Shown here in pieces: positions 19,704 to 28,740 of a stretch of DNA of 64,000 nucleotides (positions are counted from its first letter, which is position 1; each line of letters opens with the position of its first letter). Origin of the DNA: Pseudomonadota bacterium (GTDB lineage Bacteria; Bdellovibrionota_C; UBA2361; OMII01); assembly GCA_038134595.1 (NCBI GenBank), contig JAYPVM010000007.1:64001-128000 (forward strand), given 5' to 3'. The notes beneath the pieces are model-generated. The model worked only from the letters and a program-made list of their open reading frames with translations. It made no database searches and was not told where the DNA came from. The translations under genes were made by a program, and so were the position numbers.

Positions 19704-19970
19704 TCACAGTACCGACTTCTGAAACAGAAATGGAATCTCCTCTTTTAGGAGGAGTTTCGTTATTAAGAATCCAGACAATACAAAAAACCCAGCCACACCT
19801 GCTCCGACTAAATGTCTTAGGCCAAAGTTGTAGGCATGCTCAAAAAAAAACAAGATTACAAAGAGCACTCGGAGTAGGTCGAAGTACGGCTGATTGGGAA
19901 ACCTTTCTCGAGAACCAATGCTTGGGGTTCCTTGCAAACTGCGCTGAGAGAGCCTTAGATCAGATAACAT
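19704..19970 (-). pseudogene. Truncated acyltransferase-3 (OafA-like) membrane O-acyltransferase
   Basis: FDLLRVLFVILFFFEH...GVAGFFVLSGFLITKLLLKE is the family N-terminus; stop follows ~12 codons later. Confidence 0.65.
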
Positions 19971-20147
19971 TACTTAAATACATACCTACAATCATACTTA
20001 CACCAAACACCACAATACTACGCACCAACCCCCGAAGCTTCCAAGGCATTAACAAAACTCCTTTACAAAAGACACGCCTTCGTCCCTATTTGACGGCCTT
20101 CCTAGCCCCCTTCTCTCTCGCTTCCAAATACGCTACACTATTTTGCA

Positions 20148-20864
20148 ATGAAACGTTTTTTCAACTCGCCCTCTTTTCGCCTCCGCGCTCATCAACTAGC
20201 AATTGCAATGGTGGTGGGTTCTGTCCTGCACGGGGTTCTCATACAGGCCGGATATAACACACTACTTTTCTATCCTTACAACACACTCTTTGGTTTGGAA
20301 TTGTGGCGACCTTTTTCATCGCTTCTTGTTGCGACCTCACCTCTCGAGGTCATATTCGGCGCGCTTATCATATACAGTATAGGTAGCACCCTTGAATACC
20401 AATGGGGAAGTCGTCGCTTTCTGTATATAGCCCTTGGCATTCCTGTTTCTGCATCGCTATTAACTCTTGTTTGCGCTCTTCTTCTACCCCGCACCTTTCT
20501 GGGGATCGGGTACGGTGGGGCGCGAGAGATTATTACAACACTGTGGATTACGTACGGACTTGTAGCTCACTTTTCACACCAGCAACTAAACTTTTGGGGC
20601 TCCCCGCTATCAGGCAAAGCATTTGCTTTAATTGGTGTCGCATTTGTAGCTCTTAACGCAGTATTCGCCGGCCCGCTCGTAGTTCTCCCCGAACTGTTTT
20701 GCATCGCTTTATGCTACTCATACATGTATCGACATCGCTCATACAATTTCAAAAATCAGGTACAGCTAAAATACTATTCTTGGAAACTAAAAAGATTAAA
20801 ATGTCGGTCGGGGCTCAAAGTCATAAAAGGACAGCGGGGCGATAACGATCGCCAAATCCACTAA
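20148..20864 (+). CDS. Rhomboid-superfamily membrane protein, apparently catalytically inactive
   Basis: ELWRPFSS (WR motif), IGSTLEYQWGSRRFL; GxSG replaced by GARE; no TM6 His. Confidence 0.75.
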   Translation: MKRFFNSPSFRLRAHQLAIAMVVGSVLHGVLIQAGYNTLLFYPYNTLFGLELWRPFSSLLVATSPLEVIFGALIIYSIGSTLEYQWGSRRFLYIALGIPVSASLLTLVCALLLPRTFLGIGYGGAREIITTLWITYGLVAHFSHQQLNFWGSPLSGKAFALIGVAFVALNAVFAGPLVVLPELFCIALCYSYMYRHRSYNFKNQVQLKYYSWKLKRLKCRSGLKVIKGQRGDNDRQIH

Positions 20865-20902
20865 TTCTGTCAGTTTTATATGGGATCGATACTTAGCGAT
20901 TA

Positions 20903-21886
20903 TTAAAATAACCTGCCTAACACAAAGAATACGAACACTGCAGCCATCGACAGGCCAAGACAAACTATCAGTAGCGCAATAGGACCCTGCACATTTAGAC
21001 GAGGACGCAAATCAATGTGCCGTGCAGTTGGGAGCAATACTGAAAACAAGCCAAAACAAAAGAGCGCTCCTCCAATAAAGAGCAATCCATCATTTGTTTT
21101 CTGCACATTTTGCTCCTCAAGTGAAAATAGCTCATCAGCAGAATACAAACCCGCACGAATTTCGACCGAATTTGCGCTATTGGCTCCTACTAGATTACGC
21201 TCATCAACTTGACGCGCTAGAATCGTATACTCGCCTTGCGGCAGACCTTCATACCAAACGCGAACATCGCCAAGAGATGGGCTAGCGCGATCTACTTCTG
21301 TATCCCGCGGAATATAAAGTTTTCCATCCTCAATTCTTATGGTCGGGTTTTTCAGCATTTCGCTTGAAAGAGGAGCCGGCAACAACCTGCGAACCGATTG
21401 CAAAATCCTGGTTGCATCAAACAACCCAAACGTGGCGGCTCCCTCTGGAACATGCAGCGTCTCTGAAGAGTACGGCAGCAACGGATTTGCATGCCCCTGA
21501 GGCTTTTGAAACTGAAAGAAGTCGACCTGCTCCTCCCTCCACGCCAAGGTATACTTAGGTAACGGATCAATTGAGTTTCTCTCCTCCACCCACTGATACA
21601 TCTCCACGTGTCTTTTTAGGGTCAGATAATGGCTAGGCTTGAGAAACTCATCCTCAAGAAGACTAGCGGAATAAAGCCTCCCTGCGGCAACCACAAGAGC
21701 CCCATTGTAATCTACACTGGGAAGAAGTGGATCGATATCAACAGCCTCTCGTCGGAGCCTGTCTGTAGTAGATGTGTTTTCAAGCGTTCCCCGTGAGCTT
21801 CCCCACATCATCAAAAACCCACATAAGAGCGTTAATGCTCCGACAAAGCCCTGAGACTTAGATGACAATCGCTCCAGCTTACCCAC
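20903..21886 (-). CDS. TMEM43 (DUF1625) family membrane protein
   Basis: LKRHVEMYQWVEE, W....VD...F..P.GH.NP, P.LGDVRV; N-terminal and C-terminal TM helices. Confidence 0.82.
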   Translation of the reverse strand: MGKLERLSSKSQGFVGALTLLCGFLMMWGSSRGTLENTSTTDRLRREAVDIDPLLPSVDYNGALVVAAGRLYSASLLEDEFLKPSHYLTLKRHVEMYQWVEERNSIDPLPKYTLAWREEQVDFFQFQKPQGHANPLLPYSSETLHVPEGAATFGLFDATRILQSVRRLLPAPLSSEMLKNPTIRIEDGKLYIPRDTEVDRASPSLGDVRVWYEGLPQGEYTILARQVDERNLVGANSANSVEIRAGLYSADELFSLEEQNVQKTNDGLLFIGGALFCFGLFSVLLPTARHIDLRPRLNVQGPIALLIVCLGLSMAAVFVFFVLGRLF

Positions 21887-21902
21887 TACCCCTCCATATA
21901 GG

Positions 21903-22442
21903 TCATACTAACTGCTCAAGCCGAGCACGCATAAACAGCGCCATTGACTTAGCATCTTGCATCGTTCCATCTCTAGCAGCGGCTTCAAAAGCCTGAACCG
22001 TCAACCTTACTACTGTAATATCCTCATCTTCGTCGCACTCTGCAGGCTTCTCAAAAAGATCGCTAGCAACAAACAAGTGTTGAATTTCCGTGCAGAATCC
22101 AGGTGCAGGATACAATGTTCCTAACGGCTTTAACTGTCCGGCCCCTAACCCGATCTCCTCTTGAATCTCTCTTTGCGCGCAAACAAGAGGCTGCTCCCCC
22201 AATTCAAGGGTTCCCGCCGGAAGCTCCAAAACAACCCTACCTACAGAATGTCGATATTGAGAAACACATACTATGCGCCCGTGGTCGTCAATCGGTAGAA
22301 CAACAACAGCCCCTGGATGCTCAATTGTTTCATGAGCAAAGCGTCGTCCATCATTTGTCTCCACTATCTGCCTAACCCCCCGAAGCTTGCCAGAATACAG
22401 CTCCTCAGAAGAGACCACTCGATATAACTTTGCCTCGCTCAC
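21903..22442 (-). CDS. NUDIX hydrolase, ADP-ribose pyrophosphatase (NudF-like)
   Basis: HPGAVVVL, QYRH, Nudix box ELPAGTLELGEQPLVCAQREIQEEIG, DAKS; GTG 22442 with AAGGGG RBS. Confidence 0.9.
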   Translation of the reverse strand: MSEAKLYRVVSSEELYSGKLRGVRQIVETNDGRRFAHETIEHPGAVVVLPIDDHGRIVCVSQYRHSVGRVVLELPAGTLELGEQPLVCAQREIQEEIGLGAGQLKPLGTLYPAPGFCTEIQHLFVASDLFEKPAECDEDEDITVVRLTVQAFEAAARDGTMQDAKSMALFMRARLEQLV

Positions 22443-22747
22443 AATCAATTCCCCCTTAGGACAGGAAAACCCATAAGGTAAGATGCTCTTACCCCTCAAA
22501 ACAACAACAAAGAACTCCCCTATATCTTAACATGTCCTTCTAAAACCCCGCTAATCAAACGGCTTTCTAGCGCATGGGGTTGTTCTTGCACCTCGCTTCC
22601 TCTAGTCTGCATCAAAACTACGGGGAGCGTAATCTCACTCAGAGTATATCCGCTCCCTGCGAGAGATTAACAACCAAACCTTACAGGTGTCGATTCTCTA
22701 CGAGCAGGACATCGGGTATAATCAGTGGGATTCTCAGTAAACTTGTC

Positions 22748-23620
22748 ATGCACATGTCGGCGTCTTCTCCCCCTACACACAAAACATCCACATTACCTCC
22801 TCGGTCGATAGACCAGTGGCTAGAGACTCAACAAGCCACACAAGCACTCGTCGATATCAGCGTTGTTGTTCCCGCTTATAACGAAGAGCGTCGCCTTCCC
22901 CCTACCCTCCTCGATCTCGTTGACTACTTTGACCAACAGCCACTGGCATACGAAATTATCGTAGTCGATGACGGAAGTAACGATAGTACAAGCCAAGTAG
23001 TTCGGAAATTCGAACGAGTGCGAGAGCAAGTAAAACTCATTCAACTCCCAAAAAACTACGGCAAAGGGCATGCCGTTAGGCTAGGCGCGCTTAACACTCA
23101 CGGCAAAGTAATTTTATTTGCTGACGCTGACGGTGCAACTCCCGTAGTAGAATTTGAAAAGCTCTATACTGCCATTCAAAATGGTGCAGAGATTGCCATC
23201 GGGTCGCGGGCGCTCTATAGCAATGACACAAGAGTCTCTACATCGTTTCACCGGAAAGTGTTCGGGCGAATCTTTAACACCTTCGTCAACTCACTCCTAC
23301 TTCCAGAGCTCAAAGACACGCAATGTGGATTCAAAATATTCTCCCGCTCGGCTGGACTATTTCTCTTCAAACAACAACGATCGGATAGATTTAGTTTTGA
23401 TGTTGAGCTGTTATACATAGCCCGAAAGGCTCACATCGCTATTAAAGAGATTCCCGTCAACTGGACAAATATCCCTGGTTCTAAGGTGAATCTACTCATA
23501 GATTCAATAAAAATGTTTCGAGATCTTTTTCGCTTTAAGGTCTGGCACCGCTCGGTTGTCTACGACGATTACTCACGCTTCAAAAGTGCGCTAGCTGGAA
23601 ACAGCTCCAAAAATACATAA
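22748..23620 (+). CDS. GT2 polyprenyl-phosphate glycosyltransferase, ALG5/dolichyl-phosphate glucosyltransferase-like
   Basis: SVVVPAYNEERRL, VVDDGS, NYGKG, FADADG, IGSRA, DTQCGFK, FDVELL, GSKV; start moved to ATG 22748. Confidence 0.88.
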   Translation: MHMSASSPPTHKTSTLPPRSIDQWLETQQATQALVDISVVVPAYNEERRLPPTLLDLVDYFDQQPLAYEIIVVDDGSNDSTSQVVRKFERVREQVKLIQLPKNYGKGHAVRLGALNTHGKVILFADADGATPVVEFEKLYTAIQNGAEIAIGSRALYSNDTRVSTSFHRKVFGRIFNTFVNSLLLPELKDTQCGFKIFSRSAGLFLFKQQRSDRFSFDVELLYIARKAHIAIKEIPVNWTNIPGSKVNLLIDSIKMFRDLFRFKVWHRSVVYDDYSRFKSALAGNSSKNT

Positions 23621-23695
23621 AATACTCCCTCAGGGCCGCAAATAACTGACTCCGGCACCTGTACACTAAACTCGACCATATGCGATACTTGCTCC

Positions 23696-24562
23696 ATGCA
23701 AACGCTTATCGAAGGATACCAGCTCCTAGACTCTGGAGAAGGTCGAAAATTAGAACAATTTGGAGAGCGCATCATCGATCGCCCCTCATCACTGTGCTCG
23801 TGGAAGCGCCGAGAAGATACTAGCCTCTGGTCAACAGTAGACGCTCGTTACGACAACGAAAAAGGATGGAGCCACACCTCCCAAACTTCAAAAATCTGGC
23901 AGGCCTCCATACAAGGTACGACACTTGCGCTAGAGCTACTCTCAAATGGACAAGTTGGCCTCTTTCCTGAACATGCGATGTATCTTCCTGAAGTGGCACA
24001 AACAATAGCCAGACTACGGGGCGGCACCGACCGCACCATCCGCGTACTTAATCTGTTTGCGTACTCGGGCCTCGCGACCTCATTTTGCGCAAAACTCTCC
24101 CATGTTCACGTTACCCACGTTGACCTCTCCAAACGAGCCATCGAATGGGCCAAGCGCAACGCTGAGCTGAACTCGATTGCAGACGATAGCGTTCGCTGGA
24201 TTGTGGATGATGCTCTGGGATTCATGTCCCGCGAATCCCGTAAGTCGCAAGTCTACGACATCGTCATTATTGATCCCCCCTCATTCAGCAGGCTTTCGAA
24301 GAAAAACTCTTGGACACTCGATGAAAAGGCAGCAGAGATTGCCAACTTAGTTTTAAGCGTAGTTGACCACAGCAGATTTGCTATATATTTCACAAATCAC
24401 TCCTCTGCGAGCACATCAGATGTTATCCGTAACATCTCGCTCGATGCAATAGAATCACACAATCTACAATTTACCACCCGCTCACTTGCTCTCACCGAGA
24501 GCTCCTCTATGAGGAGACTACCGGCGGGAGCGCTAATCATGCTATCTATGGGCTTAACGTAA
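23696..24562 (+). CDS. Class I SAM-dependent methyltransferase (RlmI/RlmK-related)
   Basis: YQLLDSGEGRKLEQFG, VLNLFAYSG, HVDLS, IIDPPSF. Confidence 0.85.
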   Translation: MQTLIEGYQLLDSGEGRKLEQFGERIIDRPSSLCSWKRREDTSLWSTVDARYDNEKGWSHTSQTSKIWQASIQGTTLALELLSNGQVGLFPEHAMYLPEVAQTIARLRGGTDRTIRVLNLFAYSGLATSFCAKLSHVHVTHVDLSKRAIEWAKRNAELNSIADDSVRWIVDDALGFMSRESRKSQVYDIVIIDPPSFSRLSKKNSWTLDEKAAEIANLVLSVVDHSRFAIYFTNHSSASTSDVIRNISLDAIESHNLQFTTRSLALTESSSMRRLPAGALIMLSMGLT

Positions 24563-24582
24563 TTACAAAGAGAAGATACTCC

Positions 24583-25248
24583 ATGACCACCTCAGTTCCA
24601 TCGCTTCAATCAGAAAACTATGTCAATGAATCTCTCCTATGGAGATACGCAACCAAGCAATTTGATTCCACACAAAAGGTACGTAGCGAAGCACTGCAAA
24701 CTCTCATCAATTCTCTTCAGCTTTCTCCGTCCTCGTTTGGCCTGCAGCCGTGGAAATTTTTCGTTATTTCAGATTTACCCCTCCGCCAACAACTACGAGA
24801 ACACTCGTGGAATCAACCGCAGGTCGTTGACGCCTCGCACCTTTTTGTATTGGCATCTGCTCGAACCGTCACCCCGGAATGTATTGACGGGCACCTATCG
24901 AATGTCGCAGAAACAAGATCTATCCCCCTTGAGGATCTCCATCCGTATCGCGAGCGAATTATTCCATTTGTAAAAGCTCTCGTAGATAACGGAACTATTG
25001 AGGCCTGGTGCACACGACAAACATACCTCGCCCTAGGAATGCTCCTAGGAACAGCGGCACAGTTAAGAATCGATACATGTCCACTTGAGGGCATATCTCC
25101 TGCTGAATACGATAAGCTCCTCGAACTAGAAAACTCAAACTATACAACAAAAGTCGCCTGCGCCGTGGGTTACCGCTCAGAAACAGACGCAACTGCCTCT
25201 GCAAAAAAAGTAAGGTTTTCAAAAGACATCGTAGTCATTCGAAAATAG
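24583..25248 (+). CDS. NAD(P)H nitroreductase, NfsB-like
   Basis: WRYATKQFD, SPSSFGLQPWKF, IDTCPLEG, VGYRS. Confidence 0.9.
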   Translation: MTTSVPSLQSENYVNESLLWRYATKQFDSTQKVRSEALQTLINSLQLSPSSFGLQPWKFFVISDLPLRQQLREHSWNQPQVVDASHLFVLASARTVTPECIDGHLSNVAETRSIPLEDLHPYRERIIPFVKALVDNGTIEAWCTRQTYLALGMLLGTAAQLRIDTCPLEGISPAEYDKLLELENSNYTTKVACAVGYRSETDATASAKKVRFSKDIVVIRK

Positions 25249-25281
25249 ATCCGTAAACAGACGAGTAAACTACAAACAGAT

Positions 25282-27270
25282 ATGAACCAAGGGAACAGCA
25301 CGTTTAGAAAATCTCTGCCCCACATTGTGTGTATGTTTATCGTGGTAGTGGCGGGATTTCTCACTTCGCTTCCAATGGCGACGTCCAACACTACATTTCT
25401 GTACCATGAAGACGATGCGCATCACTTCAACCGGACTGTTGAAATGGCGAAAAGAAAAAGCCTTGACCCAGCGTACTTCAACAAACCATCCCTTCACTTC
25501 TACCTTCGGATGCCGGCAGTGTATCTTGCAGTTCTCCTCTCTCGAGCAACAGACTCTCCCATTTCACTCAACGACATCCGGACTCGCGATCCCTATGGAC
25601 TCGCGGGATTTTCCTTCACACCCTCACACCCCTCTGTCGTACTAGCAGTCCGCTTAGTCACCCTCTCTCTCAACGCTGCCTTGGCATGCATTGCATATCT
25701 TATACTCATTACACTATTTCAGGCCCCTGTTCTTATAGGATTCGCGGGCGCTCTTATCACTCTCGCATCACCCGAACTTTTTACTAATTCATATATAATA
25801 GGTGTCGACACACTGATGGGATTCCTAACTATTGCAACGGTTTGGTACACACTGAAGATATCATCTAGATGGAAAACAAAAGGTGTCATTATTTCTGGAA
25901 TACTGGCTGGCCTTGCATGCGCATCAAAATACAACGCCGCTCCCGTGCTCACAGTACCAGCGCTCTATTGGTGGCTGAGAAGTCGATCTTTTAAGGGAGC
26001 TCTCCTCATAGCAGCTTCTACTTTCACAGGATTTTCCCTCGGAGCGCCGTACTCGTTTATCTCATACTCTGAATTTATTAGAGGTATTTCGTACGAAGCT
26101 TGGCATTATGGCATTGCAGGGCACGCTGAGCACACAACAGCTCGTGGACTACCTCATTTAATGAAAATAATAAAATGGCTTCTCTTAGACGGAATCGGGC
26201 CTATAGGCGTAATCTTTGCGCTATTTGGTATTACAGAAATCGTTAAAAGAGATAAGAAAGAGGCTCTTCTGTTTCTTGCCTATCCAGTAAGCTTTATCCT
26301 CCTCATGAGCCTACAAAAAGTCTTCTTTGCTAGAAACATGCTTTCTGTTGTTGCATTTTTTTCTATCATGGCAACGCTTGGCGTGTGGCACAGTAGAGAT
26401 TATATTAAACGAATCTTCACCTCACTTGGCATCTCCACGCAAGAAAGCGCTCGAATTTATGTTGTGCAATTTCTGCTTCTCGCAGCAATTGCAACACCTC
26501 TAACAATGCAGAGTAAAACATACCGTAGCGATGCGCTCTTCGTTGAAGATTCTCGCCCCAAAGTAGAGAATTGGATAGTTCACTCTCGACCTCTCAGCAG
26601 AGATGTTGCCATCGATGGCAGGCTTTTGCTGCCAATCAACCTATTCTCAATTCCCGGAGTGGATGCCTTTAACTCAGAGAGGTATTCCATCATTGATCTC
26701 ATCCAACAAGGGTACGAATATTTTATCGTACCAACAAGCGCCAGCAACTTAGACCCGCTTCGTACCGATATCGTTTCTAGCTTTCCTGGAAGCGCTGAAC
26801 CCTGGCGAATCCCGAAAGATCCTGCAATCTCAATTCTACACGCAAAACCAAAAGCCCATCTTGAAATTGCCGTGCCACCACGCTTGGAATTTAAACATCA
26901 AGATGGTGGGGCTGTGTCTGTGTGCGCAACAAAGCCAGATGAACCATACTGCTGGATCACGACAATTACTTCAGAGCTTTCATTCATAGACGCACCCTCT
27001 GACCATGTCTATCTCGAAGTTATGTCCCCATGGGTCAATCAAAAAATAACTATTCGGAGCGTCGATGGCACAACAGTAAGCTCCGTAAAATTACGCACTC
27101 CGGGCAACTGGGAGGTGCTACCGTTGCCACTCACACAAGATAAAGCTACGACCGTATTTCAAGTAATTCTTTCTCAGGTACACTCTCCCGAATCCCAGGG
27201 CTTAAGTAGCGACTCTAGACGATTAGGCGTAGCTGTTCGGCCAGTACCAAAGCCTGTTTTCGAGAAATAG
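25282..27270 (+). CDS. GT-C fold glycosyltransferase (GT39/PMT_2/ArnT-like) with soluble C-terminal domain
   Basis: HEDD acidic motif after first TM, LDPAYFNKPSL, GLACASKYN, many TM helices, C-terminal DSRRLGVAV. Confidence 0.78.
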   Translation: MNQGNSTFRKSLPHIVCMFIVVVAGFLTSLPMATSNTTFLYHEDDAHHFNRTVEMAKRKSLDPAYFNKPSLHFYLRMPAVYLAVLLSRATDSPISLNDIRTRDPYGLAGFSFTPSHPSVVLAVRLVTLSLNAALACIAYLILITLFQAPVLIGFAGALITLASPELFTNSYIIGVDTLMGFLTIATVWYTLKISSRWKTKGVIISGILAGLACASKYNAAPVLTVPALYWWLRSRSFKGALLIAASTFTGFSLGAPYSFISYSEFIRGISYEAWHYGIAGHAEHTTARGLPHLMKIIKWLLLDGIGPIGVIFALFGITEIVKRDKKEALLFLAYPVSFILLMSLQKVFFARNMLSVVAFFSIMATLGVWHSRDYIKRIFTSLGISTQESARIYVVQFLLLAAIATPLTMQSKTYRSDALFVEDSRPKVENWIVHSRPLSRDVAIDGRLLLPINLFSIPGVDAFNSERYSIIDLIQQGYEYFIVPTSASNLDPLRTDIVSSFPGSAEPWRIPKDPAISILHAKPKAHLEIAVPPRLEFKHQDGGAVSVCATKPDEPYCWITTITSELSFIDAPSDHVYLEVMSPWVNQKITIRSVDGTTVSSVKLRTPGNWEVLPLPLTQDKATTVFQVILSQVHSPESQGLSSDSRRLGVAVRPVPKPVFEK

Positions 27271-27545
27271 CCCTATTTTTGGCAGGCAACTCCTACACGC
27301 CATTAAAAAAATTCGATTCTTATCTACCTGTCCGTTAATAATTGTCTCTCACGACAAACAGAGAGCCATGCCGTATCTAGATCTAAAACGGCTCTTGGAA
27401 TCCCTTAATCTCGCCAATTTATACAGCTAATTCCTATAGCCAAAAGTGCGTGCCGAGCAATAGTAACGCCATACACTATTAGAAGGGCTTCTTGGGGCCG
27501 CTCCATGCTAGACTAAGGACGCTATTTTCATGTATCCTCCTATCC

Positions 27546-28517
27546 ATGATAGTAGTTACTGGAGCCGGTGGATTTATCGGCAGTGCATTTGTCGCCAAAC
27601 TCAATGAACAAGGTATTAGAGACATCGTTGTCGTTGACGAGCTTGACACCGAACGCTTTAGAAAAAATCTTGCCAACAAGTCGTACACAGCCTGCGTTGA
27701 CAAACAAGACTTCATCGCACAGATCCGATCGAACTCTGCGCCGACCGACATTACAGCAATCATTCATCTCGGAGCCTGTTCGAGCACAACAGAGCGAAAC
27801 GTTACGTTCTTAAACGAGAACAACCTTGAATACTCCAAGGATATTATCTCCTTCTGCATTCAGAGAGATATTCGATGTATCTATGCAAGTAGTGCCGCCA
27901 CGTACGGCGACGGTGAGCACGGATATTCAGACGATGAGTCATCCCTTGAGATTTTCAAGCCGCTTAATCTCTATGGAGATTCGAAACACCAATGTGACCT
28001 TTGGGCGAAAGAAACCGGCGCACTCGCTCGTGTTGCAGGACTAAAGTTCTTTAACGTATACGGCCCAAACGAGTATTATAAGGGAGATATGGCAAGCGTT
28101 GCCTGGAAGGCGTTTAATGCTATCTCAGAAACCGGTGAATTTAAACTTTTTCGCTCTCACCGCGAGGACTATGCTGATGGGGAACAAAAGCGAGACTTCG
28201 TTTACGTAAAAGATTGTTGCGAAGTTATGTGGTGGCTCCTACAGAATGCCGCAGTAAATGGCATATTTAATGTAGGTTCAGGAACGGCGAGATCGTGGAA
28301 CGACCTCCTCAATTCTGTTTTCTCGGCCATGAACAGAGAACCTTTGATAACCTACATCGATATGCCAGAGAACATTCGGAATCAGTACCAGTATTTTACA
28401 GAAGCCCCGATGCAAAAACTTCGCAAAGCTGGCTACTCGCGCCCCCTCTACTCATTAGAGGCTGGTGTAAAAGACTATATTCAAAACCATCTCGCGAAAG
28501 AAGATAGACACTGGTAG
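27546..28517 (+). CDS. hldD: ADP-L-glycero-D-manno-heptose 6-epimerase
   Basis: MIVVTGAGGFIGS, HLGACSST, YASSAATYG, PLNLYGDSK, FFNVYGPNE, RDFVYV, YQYFTEA; ATG 27546. Confidence 0.95.
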   Translation: MIVVTGAGGFIGSAFVAKLNEQGIRDIVVVDELDTERFRKNLANKSYTACVDKQDFIAQIRSNSAPTDITAIIHLGACSSTTERNVTFLNENNLEYSKDIISFCIQRDIRCIYASSAATYGDGEHGYSDDESSLEIFKPLNLYGDSKHQCDLWAKETGALARVAGLKFFNVYGPNEYYKGDMASVAWKAFNAISETGEFKLFRSHREDYADGEQKRDFVYVKDCCEVMWWLLQNAAVNGIFNVGSGTARSWNDLLNSVFSAMNREPLITYIDMPENIRNQYQYFTEAPMQKLRKAGYSRPLYSLEAGVKDYIQNHLAKEDRHW

Positions 28518-28740
28518 TGGCTAAGTGGTGGACACCCTCACCTCTAAGCATTTGCGCCTGATACTGCGGTCTGGCGCGGGTGGTTCAAAATCAAGGCACA
28601 AGAAAAAGTAGCGGCTGCCACACTCTAGTATGTCCCAAATTTGTATCAAGTTCCCTCTCCAATCCCCTCTCTAGCCTCAGCAAACAAACAAATGCATCTT
28701 TTTTACAGGCATAATCATCAACACTCATAAGGTGTGAATT

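Noticed and set aside
19730..20257. 175-aa plus-strand ORF
   Set aside because: Antisense to the acyltransferase remnant and overlaps the rhomboid gene; no motif
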